Made by a program: the position numbers and the translations under genes. DNA of 64,000 bases, taken from assembly GCA_964016885.1 (NCBI GenBank), contig OZ024745.1, forward strand, positions 71,858,001-71,922,000, given 5' to 3'. Origin of the DNA: Eledone cirrhosa. Its lineage: Eukaryota. Positions 1 through 15,163 of the stretch are shown here, in pieces. The notes beneath the pieces are model-generated. The model was not told the DNA's origin and ran no database searches. It saw nothing but the letters and a program-made list of their open reading frames with translations. Within the stretch, counting starts at the first letter, position 1; each line of letters opens with the position of its first letter.

Positions 1-202
1 TGGAGATCTCTCTGCACTTGTCGTCACATGGTACCATGGGCCCAGCACTATGTGTCAATAATTGTCACAAGTGTAGTGTTTGTACCAGAGTTTTCAAGTC
101 GCTGGCTGGACTAAAAAGTCACACTCGTTCAGCGCATCGGTAGGGGTTCTCCTACATGGATATAAAGTAGTGGCCGTACTCAAAAACGATTTGGCAGCCA
201 CC
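1..202 (+). mobile_element. RTE-derived non-autonomous element, 3' part (cut by window edge)
   Basis: Near-identical to 22516-22716; ends ggcagccacc followed by (ATGT)n. Confidence 0.85.
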
Positions 203-636
203 ATGTATGCATGCATGCATGTATGTAGTATGTATGTATGTATACATGCATGCATGCATGTATGTATGTATGTATGTATGTATGTATGTATGTATGTATG
301 TATGTATGTGTGTGTGTTTGTATGAATGCATACATACAAACATTCATACATGAGGTCAGTGGGTATATATATATATATATATATATATATAGGCATATGA
401 TGAAGTTACTGGTATATATATATATACCAGTAATATATTATATATATATATATACCAGTAATATATATATATATATACCAGTAATATATATATACACACA
501 CATACATATACATATATATATATATTATTTATTTTATTTTATATATATATATATATATATAAGATCTAGATTCCGAAGTTGTGTCGGGGGTGGGGGTTGG
601 GGGTTGGGGGTTGGGGGTTGGGAGTAAGGGGTGTGT

Positions 637-667
<31 letters not shown>

Positions 668-836
668 TAACCACAGCTAAAATAGATACTCAATACATTG
701 GTAGAGTACAGGCATCTTTATTGTATATAGAAATGACTTTTAAAGGAGCAGAACGGTTTCATTCGTATGTGAAATCATTAGGACATTCCTGATACGAATG
801 AAACAGTTCTAGTCTTGTAGAAGTCATTTCTATATA
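668..836 (-). mobile_element. Diverged PLE pLTR-derived foldback, same family as 4950 and 18796
   Basis: Shares taaccacag..tactcaatacat.g.agagta and the gtttcattc/gaatgaaacag core. Inverted arms ~724-782 and ~788-836. Confidence 0.65.
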
Positions 837-1037
837 ATCATCTAACGCATCACCTGAAATATGGAATTTAATATATAAATTACGGCTTCTATTTTAAATA
901 AATTTAAATTCGTTCTTCCGTAATGAGGTGTCTAAATGTTATCCGCAGCTTTTTTGAACAACTTGAAATCTGGAAATTGATATTTAATCTAAAGTTCGGC
1001 CACTAGGAGTCCGTAATAAATAATCTCATTTGCTCAT

Positions 1038-1545
1038 TCGACCACCGCTAATCCGGCGTAAATATAGAAATTTACCCCAATTGCCGACCACCACTAATCC
1101 GACATTTAATATGTATCCTGATAATTTTATTCTTAACCGATTATCTCAAATTTAGAATCTCTAATTCAATTACCGTTAAGTTCAATTACCGCTAACCCCG
1201 GCATAAATAAACTAATTTGTTCCAATGTGCACCACCGCTAATCTGGCATCTAATTTTACTATGATTTAATGCACCACTTGAAGCCCCCCAAAAACCGATA
1301 TGGGTATACATATTTTCTCCACTGTCCAATTACAGCTAATCCGGCATCCTATTCTTTTATCCATTGAAATCCGGAATCTGTTTAAATAAACTAAATTCCT
1401 CCAATGTACGACTACTACTTATCCAGCATCAAATTTTGATCCTAATCATGTATCTCATCACCTTCAATCCAGAATCTAATTCCCATAATCCGGAATATAT
1501 CAACTCATTAAAATAATCTGAATCCCGCTAATCCGGCATGTAATT
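1038..1545. repeat. Decayed minisatellite with core accgctaatccggcat
   Basis: About nine recurrences of the core with partly related intervening sequence. Confidence 0.7.
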
Positions 1546-1654
1546 TTATCATGTTCATAATTTAGTGGTTCAACAAAAAGGAGATCGACGAAATGTCTCC
1601 AGCATGGCCACAGTTATATTTTTGAAACCAATAAGAAAAGAAAAAGAATAATAC

Positions 1655-1856
1655 CTTTGTGAGTTGGTCTTTGGGGAGATCCGAATACATCTTTGGCACT
1701 CGATCCTCCAGACCCCGGAAAACCATGCCCATGCCAAGTTGGTTGTGGATATCTTGAATGAGTACTGGAAGGGGTCTGCGTTTCTTTACAGTTTTGTGCC
1801 ATCAATAAGCTGGGTAGGTTCATTTCAGTGTACAGCTTAAAGTTCTGGTGGCGATA
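1655..1856 (-). CDS. THBS: Thrombospondin-like gene exon 4 (end of [22 protein letters not shown], plus Pro/Gly/Ser linker); gene continues beyond the window start
   Basis: Acceptor ttttactttaaag in phase 0, matching exon 3. Donor G|GTATTA at 1654, 202 nt open. The terminal Cys motif resembles the TSPN end (LKLVVRGSLFQVASLQDC in THBS4). Confidence 0.8.
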
Positions 1857-1894
1857 CTTTAAAGTAAAATGTAAAATTATATATATATATATAC

Positions 1895-1967
<73 letters not shown>

Positions 1968-1968
1968 C

Positions 1969-2061
<93 letters not shown>

Positions 2062-2114
2062 TACATATATATGTATATATACATATATAAATACATATAT
2101 ACATATATAAATAC

Positions 2115-2280
<166 letters not shown>

Positions 2281-2690
2281 TGTTATACTTTCGGAGGGTC
2301 ATGTTGCCTATAAGAAACACACGCACCAGTTGCTTTCACTTCAATTTATTATATATCTATAAATATATAAATTTACAAATCTACAAATCTATAAATTTCT
2401 GGTTGGTTGGTTGGTTCCACAACCAGATAGTTGTTTATATATAGTCATAGTCCTTTCGTCACACACTCTGTGACCTCTTCAGTGACTGGAGATTCCTCTC
2501 TTTGTTTCTGTGCCTTTCCTTTCTTCTGTCCTACGCCATTTTGTTTCTGAACACAGATATATAATAAATTGAAGTGAAAGCACTGGTGCGTGTGTTTCTT
2601 ATTGGCAACATGACCCTCCCAAAGTATAACAATATCGGTTTCAACACACGATTTCAGATAAAGAATCTTGCTAAACAAATTCAGAAACGA

Positions 2691-2693
<3 letters not shown>
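2281..2693. mobile_element. Foldback element (family with TGACCCTCCC..TATAAC..GTTTC.ACACACGATTTCA core) enclosing a hammerhead-bearing segment
   Basis: Arms ~2281-2358 and ~2555-2631, flanked by (TA)n. Relatives at 8862-8969 and 51123-51340. Confidence 0.7.
2443..2487 (-). ncRNA. Type I hammerhead ribozyme (PLE-type, minimal stem III)
   Basis: Minus strand: AGTCA-CTGAAGA-G-GTCACA gagtg TGTGAC-GAAA-G GA CTA/TGACT. Stem I 5 bp, stem II 6 bp, CUA triplet. Confidence 0.8.
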
Positions 2694-4238
<1,545 letters not shown>

Positions 4239-4671
4239 TAAGTATGCATGTATACGTACATACATATATGTATACAGACGTACAGTAGCATGCACATATA
4301 TATATATATATATACATATATATATACATATGCATACAGGTACACATACATATATGCACGTATCAGTTTAGCGGCGCTTATTATAACGTCGCTTTGTTCG
4401 TTTGTAAACAAACTGAACAGCCTGAATTTATGCCATACGGTGTTAAGGCAACCACGTCACCTTTTTGTTCAACACTGACACAGGAACGATGTACTAGTTT
4501 CAAGCTTGTTAGCTATCATCAGCACCGTTTACCCATCTGCCAGATAGTTGAACGTTCGAAAGTATATACTTTCCTTATGAAAATTAACGTTTACAAACGA
4601 ACAAAGCGACGTTATAATAAGCGCCGCTAAACTGATACGTGCATATATGTATGTGTACCTGTATGCATATG

Positions 4672-4703
<32 letters not shown>

Positions 4704-4763
4704 TATGTGCATGCTACTGTACGTCTGTATACATATATGTATGTACGTATACATGCATACTTA
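4239..4763 (-). mobile_element. PLE pLTR-like foldback with ~170-bp arms and a hammerhead in the spacer
   Basis: Near-perfect arms at 4239-4409 and 4589-4763, hammerhead at 4485-4529, (TA)n flanks. Confidence 0.75.
4485..4529 (-). ncRNA. Type I hammerhead ribozyme (PLE-type, palindromic ACTAGT stem III)
   Basis: Minus strand: AACGGTG-CTGATGA-T AGCT aaca AGCT T-GAAAC TA GTA/CATCGTT. Stem I 7 bp including one G-U. Confidence 0.8.
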
Positions 4764-4825
4764 CATTTAAGTAAGTGCCATACTAAGAGTGAGAAATGAA
4801 ATTTCGTTTTCATTTTGTTTCAATA

Positions 4826-4857
<32 letters not shown>

Positions 4858-4905
4858 CATACATATATATATACATACATATATATATATATACATACAT
4901 TTATA

Positions 4906-4949
<44 letters not shown>

Positions 4950-4950
<1 letters not shown>

Positions 4951-5130
4951 GTAGGTCCCGGGTTGAGTCGGGGATAACCACAGTAAGTAAGGTACTCAAT
5001 ACATGGCAGAGTAAAATTTTTTTATCTTATAGAAGGAACTTCTACAGGACTAGTACTGTTTCATTCAGATGAAATCTTCAGGAAGCTGGGTGTCATATTA
5101 AGTTCTGGTATTTATACATTTAGGTAGTGG
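4950..5130 (-). mobile_element. PLE-like 3' terminus (hammerhead, A-rich signal, tail running into (TA)n)
   Basis: Nearly identical to 18796-18928. Both copies end ...CCCGGGACCTACG|TATATA on the minus strand. Confidence 0.7.
5037..5087 (-). ncRNA. Type I hammerhead ribozyme in a PLE-like 3' end
   Basis: Minus strand: AGCTTC-CTGAAGA-T TTC atct GAA T-GAAACAG tactagtc CTGTA/GAAGTT. Stem III 4 bp, GUA triplet. Confidence 0.75.
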
Positions 5131-5646
5131 CAAGGGAGGGGTGGTGGATGGGGGGGGGGGGGAGGGATGGTATTTAGATACACAGGACCACTTCATGGCA
5201 CAGGCCGTTTTTTCTATGAGGAGTGGTCAATTAGCCAGAGTGCTTTTTTGAAATAAATAAATAAGTAAATAAATAAATAAATAAATAAATAAATGAATAA
5301 ATAAATAGATAAATGAATAAATAATAAATAAATAAATAAATAAAAAATAAATAAATAAATAAAAACCCCAAGAATAGTAATTCAACAGATATATAGTAGG
5401 GACATTTTTAGGTGGGTTGGTAATAGAAATTAAACATTTAACAAGACCGAATCATGGCACAGACTGGGGTGAGTGGTCAAGTTAACATACAAGCCACAGG
5501 TGGCCAGAGTGTTTTAGTAGGATGGAAAGAATAAAATATATTTACATACTCACAACCACATACAAAAACACTTACACACACACATACATATATACCTACA
5601 TACACATACACACATGCGTGTATGTGTGTGTGCACACCCACACATT

Positions 5647-5708
<62 letters not shown>

Positions 5709-5836
5709 TGTGTGCGCATACACATACACACACACACATACATATACGCACACAGACACACATACATACACATATATACATATATACACAGGAAAAACAC
5801 AAACACACAAATATACACACACACACGCATACACAT

Positions 5837-5878
<42 letters not shown>

Positions 5879-5951
5879 CTGCAAGTACGTATGTCTCTCT
5901 CGTGTATATATATATATATACATACATATATTTATATATATATATATATAC

Positions 5952-5999
<48 letters not shown>

Positions 6000-6000
6000 T

Positions 6001-6035
<35 letters not shown>

Positions 6036-6062
6036 ATACATATATATATATATACATATATT

Positions 6063-6178
<116 letters not shown>

Positions 6179-6184
6179 CACATA

Positions 6185-6244
<60 letters not shown>

Positions 6245-6379
6245 CATATATATACATATATATATACATATATATACATATATATATATGTATATATACA
6301 TATATATACATATATATATATGTATATATACATATATATACATATATATATATACATATATATACATATGTATATATAC

Positions 6380-6410
<31 letters not shown>

Positions 6411-6461
6411 CATATATATACATATATATATACATATATATATATATATACATATATATAC

Positions 6462-6522
<61 letters not shown>

Positions 6523-6675
6523 CATATATTTACATATATATACATATATATACATATATATACATATATATATATACATATATATATACATATATATACA
6601 TATATATATATACATATATATATACATATATATACATATATATATATATACATATATATATACATATATATATAC

Positions 6676-6722
<47 letters not shown>

Positions 6723-6725
<3 letters not shown>

Positions 6726-7131
6726 GCTGCCCAACTCGTTTTCGAGTACGGCCACTACTTTATATCCATGTAGGAGAACCCCTACCGATGCGCTGAACAA
6801 GTGTGACTTTTTAGTCCAGCCAGCGACTTGAAAACTCTGGTACAAACACTACACCTGTGACAATTATTGACACATAGTGCTGGGCCCATGGTATCATGTG
6901 ACGACAAGTGCAGAGAGATCTCCAGATATAAAGCAATGCCTGTGCCGTGAAGCTTTTATAGTGAGCAAAGGCACTGCACAAAGCCAGTCCCACTCTCTTA
7001 ACCAAGATGATATTTACCAAAAAGAAGAACAAGTCAACATCATTGGATACCATCAGGGTTGCAGGTGTTATATCAGAGTTTACCTTCTCTTAGAATTCTG
7101 CCTTGACAAAGGCTACGGGGTCACCTCTCCC
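6723..7131 (-). mobile_element. RTE-derived non-autonomous element (~410 bp)
   Basis: Reverse complement of 22294-22716; between microsatellites. Confidence 0.85.
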
Positions 7132-7260
7132 GTATGTATGTATCTATGGGGTCATCTCTCCTATGTATGTATGTATGTATGTATGTATGTATGTATGTAT
7201 GTATGTATGTATGTATGTATGTATGTATGTATGTATGTATGTATGTATGTACGTACATAC

Positions 7261-7323
<63 letters not shown>

Positions 7324-7434
7324 TATATATAACATTTAAAGGGTATATACATATAAATTACATATATATCATTTTGGCCACCATTCAGGGTGTCGGTCAA
7401 TGAAGAATTAATTAAATAATTAATAATCAGAACA

Positions 7435-8010
7435 ATATATAAAAAAGTAAGTCCAAAGAATCATTAGATAAAATATATACAGTATTTCTCCTCCCAATCA
7501 GTATAAATCAACCACACAAAAAATCATTTAAACGAGGCTATAAGTTTAAAATGTATTGATGAAGAAATAATAGACAAATGATATAGCTTATTATCCGCGA
7601 TGTACAGCTTCAAAAATGTTACCTAATATTTCTATTTGCCAAACCTCGTCGATTTATCCAAGATCGGATATATCCCAAAAGTGAACGAAAATACCGGGTG
7701 GTAGAGATATTATGAAGATTTTGGTGAAGTTTATGTACATTTTTTCTTCTAACTTTGATTTTGTACCTAATTATGTGTAGCTAACTATATGTCTAGTCAA
7801 TTTCTACAGGCTAATAGAAATCTTAGGTAAATATTTTGTAGCTGTACATCGCGGATAAGGAGCTATATCATTTGTCTATTATTTCTTCATAAGTATATTT
7901 TAAACTTATAGCCTTTTTTAAATGATTTTTTGTGTGGTTGATTTATACTGATTGGGAGGAGAAATACTGTATATATTTTATCTAACGATTCTTTGGACTT
8001 ACTTTTATAT
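7435..8010. repeat. Long inverted repeat, ~200-bp arms
   Basis: 7435-7640 is the reverse complement of 7809-8010 with scattered mismatches; next to (TA)n. Confidence 0.85.
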
Positions 8011-8460
8011 ATATATATATATAATGAAAATAAAAAGTTACGGCCGAAAGAGGGTATTATCCATCATCAGTTGTCTGCTAGGAATCATTGATATTTTTTC
8101 GCGTTAAAGACAAGATATCTCAACCTAGTGCGATCAACAACTAAAATAAGTTATTGGGATAAAAGGGAGGAGGGGGGGGGGGAGAAAAATACGTAGACAG
8201 ACACGAAAAGTAAAGCAACGTAAAGAGAGAAAAAATAGAGGAAAAAATATCAAGTCAACAAACTTTTTTTGGACATAAGACCTGGCAAATGTGACGAGAG
8301 AGAGAGAGAGAACAGACACGTCTTGACTGTAGCAGTGTGAGGGAGAAAAGAGACTGCTTGCAGTGGCGGACGTGGGAGGAAGTGAGCTGGCGGAGAGAGG
8401 GTGACTAGTAGAGAGGGAGTAAGTGAAAGTAAGAGGAAGTGAGAAAGAGATAGTTATAAT

Positions 8461-8646
8461 TGTTTCTACTTTAGGCACAAGGCCAGCAATTACTCAGTGC
8501 ATTACTGGTACTTTATTTTATCGACCCCGTAAGGATGAAAGGCAAAGTCAACCTCGGCGGGACTTGAACTCAGATCGTAAAGGGACGTAACTATGCTGGA
8601 AAGCATGGCGTCCGACACTCTACCGATACTGCCAATCCACCGCCCT
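8461..8646 (-). mobile_element. tRNA-derived Nin-domain SINE, full length, 16-bp TSD
   Basis: A/B boxes and gcctttcatcct..gggtcgataaa domain; TSD aagagatagttataat at 8445-8460 and 8647-8662. Confidence 0.9.
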
Positions 8647-8861
8647 AAGAGATAGTTATAATGGCAGGCTAACAGAGAGAAGGTGACTAGCAGAGGGGGT
8701 GAGCGAAAGTGAGAGAAAGAAAGAGAGAGAAGGGGGAGAGTTGATAGCAACAAGGGAAGAGAAAAGACGGGTCACAGCGGATATGGAAAATTATATGAAT
8801 AAAATGGCGGGCTGTGTGGTTGCATTTAAGTATATATATATATATGTATATATATATATGT

Positions 8862-9068
<207 letters not shown>

Positions 9069-9938
9069 GTAAATGTATACATATACTGAAGATATATACA
9101 TATATACACAAGTATAGACATATTTGAGTCAAACAGATATCAATTTTGCTCAATGAAGGAATTAATAAGAATTAATTATTCAGAAAGTAATAAAAATTAT
9201 ATTAAACTACCAGAAAAACCACTCGTCGGGTGGTTTTCTGCTAGCATGTGTAGTGTGTATATTGATATTATACGCAAGTATATATGCATGTAGATATTAT
9301 ACATCAAATAAAATCGTAATTGACAATATACACAGAAATTGAACGAAGTGTTGACATTTGAAAATTTTAAAGAAGTGAATCTTAAAATAAGCAAGAAAAT
9401 TATTTATATTTAATCAAGAATAATGAAATTTGGTAGATAAATTATGTAATATTCATTCATTATTTATTCAAAGTAATCCAACTTATTTTACAAACGGGAT
9501 AAAATAATATATTCTGGACGCAGTCCCGCACTCCTTACTTTATTATAGTTTAGATATGTAAATGTTTCTTATTTGCCATCTTTTTTCGATCAGCGGGCTT
9601 ATATTAGACTATTTTGTTTAGTCAAATTTACGGTGAAATCTTCCATCATAAAACAGAACCCCAAACAAACAAAAAACAAGAAACATCGAAATTTTCTAAT
9701 TCATCATAAAAAAGACAACAACATCCAAGGCTGGCGACCCCAGAGAAGCTCATTACTGAACCTTTTATATACATTTGTATAATTAAATTGAAATCAGAGT
9801 ACAGAAAGCCGGAACAAATACCACAATACATTTAATCCGACACTCTTATGACTGCCATTTTACCGCATTCGACTTTAACCGTATAACTGTTGACCCCCCC
9901 CCCCCACAAAAAGACAACAACAACACAATTTAACTTAC

Positions 9939-10153
9939 CACTGTATGATTACCAAAAACCACATCTCTGATGGGCAATTCTGTGTTATCACGACCTATAT
10001 CAACGCAGTTAACATACAGCTCAATACCATTGGAGTTTGATCTTAAATTCAGAAAACGAATCAATATCTTCTTTTCTTTGTCTTCTTTAAGTTGTTGTGT
10101 TGGGAATCGAACTGCATACTCTCGCCCATCAAGGCTTTTCAAATTAACTACCA
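9939..10153 (-). CDS. THBS: Thrombospondin-like gene exon 3 (TSPN/LamG core: VVVNLKSLDGREYAVRF...KILIRFLNLRSNSNGIELYVNCVDIG)
   Basis: Acceptor ttttttcag, donor GTAAGT at 9938-9933, phase 1 to phase 0. By recall it resembles vertebrate THBS4 RYLKNDGKVHLVVF...[22 protein letters not shown]. Confidence 0.9.
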
Positions 10154-10726
10154 CTGAAAAAAATGACAATCTATTTTAGCAGCTTAGAGAGGAAAGGAAA
10201 ATGATCATAACTCATAATGGAGTCGTAAAGGCACCGTAAGTGTGTATTACTGGAGAGAAATATAAACTCCATTAATTTTTTAAATATATCTTGTTTTGTA
10301 TTTCCTACATCTATTTTCATCATTTTCGAAGTCATCACTCTTAGAAATTCAATGCTCACAAATTGTGGTTTTCCCGCACATCCGCCTCGATTCTGCTGAC
10401 ACCAACGCCAATTCATTTGCTATTCAGAACTGTTCATACAAATTATTATTATTTTGACCAATACACCCCCCCCCCCCAAAAAAAAAATCCAGCTGGTAAC
10501 AATCTCCAAAACCAGATACTATCCATATTGGATTATTGAACACATATCTGGAGAGATTCTACTGTTTCATGTACAGACATTGACGCATAAAAGAATACCA
10601 TTTGGCTGATTGGCAATATTCCCTCCCAAACATGCTTCAGTCTGCTCCTCTGAACTAGCTAATTGTCCTCTACTTCACATACATATTACCAAAAACATGA
10701 TGGAAGAAAAATGTAAAAGAACTTAC

Positions 10727-10891
10727 CTTCGCTCCGCTGAAAGTCAATATAAGTGTCAAACATGGTGTTCAAGTTTTGATCTTCACTTTTCAAAAGTGTT
10801 GCACGACCCCGTTGTTTATTGCTCTGAATACGACCCATCAAAGCTAGCTCCGAATATGTCGTAAATGCCATCCCGATTTCTCTTTTGCGAA
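10727..10891 (-). CDS. THBS: Thrombospondin-like gene exon 2 (start of TSPN domain: VRKREIGMAFTTYSELALMGRIQSNKQRGRATLLKSEDQNLNTMFDTYIDFQRSE)
   Basis: Acceptor tctttgtag, donor GTAAGT at 10726-10721, 165 nt open, phase 1 to phase 1. Confidence 0.85.
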
Positions 10892-12473
10892 CTACAAAGA
10901 AAACAATAACATTAAAAAAAATTCAACGAACCACAAATTTGCTGAACTTAAATATTTTCCCCATTGTAGTTTCCAAAACCTACAAACAAACAACAAAAAA
11001 ACAACAACAAAAGAAACAAAAATAAAAACATAAACACAAAACGCAAGATACACATTTTTCACCTAGACCATATATTTCATATCTTCCTTTCAATAAACAT
11101 CAAAAAGTAATCCAGCAATTTAAGCTCACAAATGTACACTCAAAGCACCTAGAGCCCGAAGGAATTATTTTATTTATCAACATCTTGAATTACTTTAGCG
11201 ATTTCGTCAAATCTTCAAAATCTTGAAACGGCACGGAATAATAACAATTCTAGAATACAACAACTCCCTTAAAATGACAACATCATACAGTCTTATCATT
11301 CTTCTATTCACATTCTTAAAAGCCTAAGAAAGACACAACCTAGGCCTAACTCTTTCCAACTCACAAAATTGCTTCAGATATAACATTCAATAACCTAACA
11401 AGTAACACACTTCACTGTAAGAATACATTACTGATTAACAAAATAAATAAACTATGAAAAACATTTTTCCAGCTACGATTGAACCCTATAAAGCTGGGAT
11501 TCTAATTATAAATAAAATATTGAACATGTTTTTATGAAACGAATGTGAACAAACTAACACAGGTCTCCTTCCTATACATAGAATACAGTATAAGATGCAT
11601 TAAAAAAAAAAAAATATCCATCAGCTCTTTCAATCTATACCTACACAATTTTCTCACACTCCAATAGCTTCATGGGCAGACAACATCATAGTTCTCTCAC
11701 GATTTTACAGGCATAGCTGTACAACAACACCAACCCCAACACTAAACAAATACAGACAGGGGTAGTTTTTACCAAATGCATCACCCTTCGTCTTACTTGT
11801 AACAACAAAGAACACCAAGTACAATCATTTATCACACTCAACTACGTAAACACTTTCCACACAGAAAATACCTAAAAAAACTTTCAATATTTCGACAACA
11901 ATCATAGCTTTCGTAGAAGCCAAAGACCAAAAAAAACAAAACAAAATGTGAAATGACGTACCAACATACACTAGGTGAACTCACAGACACCACACTGGGG
12001 TATAACCATGAGCAGAAAAAATACAAACACAATAGTTATGAACCATATACATTATGCCAGTTATACACAAATATCAACTAGTTATTAAACATACAACAAA
12101 TATCAACTAGTTATTAAACATACAAAATAGCCTTCTTCTTATCACGATACTCTGCACAGCTTATCTACACCGTGACACAAAAGTACTCATCAACCAAGGA
12201 TTACAATGAGCGCAGTATATTAACACGACAAACTTCAATTCTACCATTATAAGCACTTGCGAATTTTTGTAGCACCTCCATTCTTAAAATGATATCTCAT
12301 TCTTAGGCCAGACTAACATAAAAAGCACACACACACACACATATATATGTATATTATAATATGGGGCTAACCAACCAGGGATGTGTAGAGCACATTTTAG
12401 TTGATCGGCTGTGATGCAGATAAAATGAAACGTTCAACAACCTGTATAAATGGTACAAGCCGGAGCATTACAT

Positions 12474-12749
12474 AGATCTAAGGTCATATGCAGTTGATTT
12501 AGGTTTATTTATATCTCCGTGATACATATTTCGCTGAGGACTACGGCTTAATAGATTACCAATTGATAGACTACGGCTTAATAGATTACCAATTCCGATA
12601 GCCTGGGCTTGACAGACAGTATAAAAACCTTTAAAAAACATAAAAATATTAAAAAACAATCCTTAAAAAAAAAATTCAAAAACTTTCTCGAAAAAAATCT
12701 TTCTTTATAAATAAATAAACCTAAATCGACTGCATATGACCTCAGATCT
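12474..12749. repeat. Inverted repeat (39-bp arms) enclosing a 26-bp direct duplication
   Basis: 12474-12512 vs 12711-12749; gactacggcttaatagattaccaatt occurs twice at ~12539-12594. Confidence 0.8.
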
Positions 12750-12781
12750 TTTTAATACTATATATATATAAACACACACAC

Positions 12782-12812
<31 letters not shown>

Positions 12813-12830
12813 AACACACACACATATATG

Positions 12831-13153
<323 letters not shown>

Positions 13154-13155
13154 TT

Positions 13156-13217
<62 letters not shown>

Positions 13218-15024
13218 AAACATTAGCATCAATAAAAAACCCATATGCTGCATCATTACAGGTGTCCATCCCATTACAGTTGCAAATGATGTACTGGGAT
13301 ACAGACCACAGTTGACTAGCGACCCTGCTTGCACCAACTGTGGAAGCAATTCATTGAAGTGTCTTTTACGTAGTTACGAATCTACTAGAAAATTCAGCTG
13401 AATTTATTTCAAATTATACTTTTCTGTCTTTAAATAAAGGGAATACATATTAGATAATCTTGTCGGAGATATATGACTGTAAAGATTTGATGGTCACAGA
13501 TAGAATACCTTTAATTACCGGTTCTTTTGACCCGACTGGAAACGAACAACAGAAGATATACGTAAAAAAACTGATGATTAACCACTCAACTACCTATTAT
13601 TTGCAAAATTCTATAACAGGATCTCAAATTACGAACACGACACCAAATTTAGCATTTCCTACTAAACTGTCTTCCGGTTGCATATACCCAATATTAGGTG
13701 AAAGAAGTAGATATAGTTAAGTGAGAGAAATATACATTATCTTTTTATTACTATTTAATTATTACAGAGCGAGTCATAAGAAAATGAAATATACAAACAA
13801 AAAGCATATCAAATATGATTATAGAGAAAAATTGTACGTTGACAAGAAAACTTAAATGAATGATGTCTATATAATATTTCGTTAAATATGTTACGGATCA
13901 GAACCGTAAAAAAAGTTTGGAATACATCTGCTTGACATATTTCTATTAGTCTAACATCAAAAGGACACTTAGAAGACGTTAAAAAATGTATATGAAGGCG
14001 GGGAATATTAATAATTTCTTTTACATATGGTAACAGACAGTATATGGCCTAACAAAAGAAATATGTCCTGCTGTGAGTGTTGATAAAATAGTATATGAGA
14101 GGCCAGCAAAAAGAATCGCTAGGAATCTAATGGTATCACATTTCGATGACTTCAACATCTCAAATACTATTAATCAATTTCACTTTTTATTCTAAGTGTA
14201 GATTCTGTTTCTTTTTAATTTAAATTTTGTGGTAGAATAATAATAAAATTAAGATCCCTACACTAATTGCGAAACATCATGGGAATGTTTACATATTGAT
14301 ATCAATGTATTCTATATAGATATCCACTTCCTTACCAATACCAAACGCTTTACCTGATAAACGGTAATTGAGAAAAATAATACCCCCCGCCAAAAAAAAA
14401 TCTGTTGTTCACTATAAATCTTAAACAAGAATGATTATTATTCAAATGAATTTCAGCGAATAGAATAATTAATTATTTGGTGTTAGTAAGCGAGTCAAGT
14501 TCATTGGGCATCAATAATTAGGTTAGTAAAAGCAGTAGGGATAATAGTTACAGCAGGGGCGGTGGAACTGGGGGTGCCCCCCCCCCCACACCCAATAATT
14601 ACATTTTTCTCCCCAAAATGCCAAAACACACATCTTTGTATATGCGCTACAATTTATGAAAATGTTATGTAGAGATAGTGTGGTAGAATTGGTGATGGGA
14701 AGAGTTTGGAGATGATTGATATAAAGAGGGGGATTCGGAGAGTGTTTTGTATTAAATATAGAGAGGGAGAGAATTTGGTGGTAGCAGATATAGAGAAAGG
14801 ATAATGTGAGAGTGCCGTGTAGTAGACATAGAGAAGGTCCCAAATAATAGGAGGGGGGGGGGGGTCGATAATTGTGTAGTTTACGTTTGTAGATATGGGA
14901 TTTCTTTTTTCTCGTATATAATGTTTTTTTTAATGTAAAATAAAATAATTAGCCCTGAGAGTACATGAATTATTGACGGATGTAAGAATGAAATCTCAAT
15001 ACCGAAGTAGAGTTTAAATATTTA

Positions 15025-15163
15025 TTTATTATGGCATAGTGATGAGCCTTGTTACTCTGGAGTTTCACCTGTGTACTTACATGATCATCAGACAAGACTG
15101 ATGAACATGTGAGTGCGCAGGTGAAACTTTAGACTAACACAGCTCACCAACAGCCATAATAAA
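15025..15163. mobile_element. Head-to-head hammerhead foldback (PLE-like)
   Basis: tcatcag-acaaga-ctgatga at the centre. Each arm reads outward through GAAAC to AATAAA. Confidence 0.75.
15047..15097 (-). ncRNA. Type I hammerhead ribozyme, partly decayed stem II
   Basis: Minus strand: TCTTGT-CTGATGA-tcatgtaagtacacaggt-GAAACTC ca GAGTA/ACAAGG. An inverted partner copy lies at 15098-15136 on the plus strand. Confidence 0.65.

Noticed and set aside
1038-1545. CRISPR-like repeat/spacer appearance
   Set aside because: Repeats are degenerate and unevenly spaced, spacers resemble each other, there are no cas genes, and the context is a eukaryotic intron.
6877-7110. Recurring ORF ...ERSPDIKQCLCREAFIVSKG... 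(also at 20204-20599 and 22323-22562)
   Set aside because: Antisense reading of the RTE-derived repeat; it recurs because of copy number, not because it is a gene.
12530-12610. CTGAGGA...GATAG as a hammerhead inside the 12474-12749 foldback
   Set aside because: No GAAA and no stem I; disrupted by a tandem duplication.
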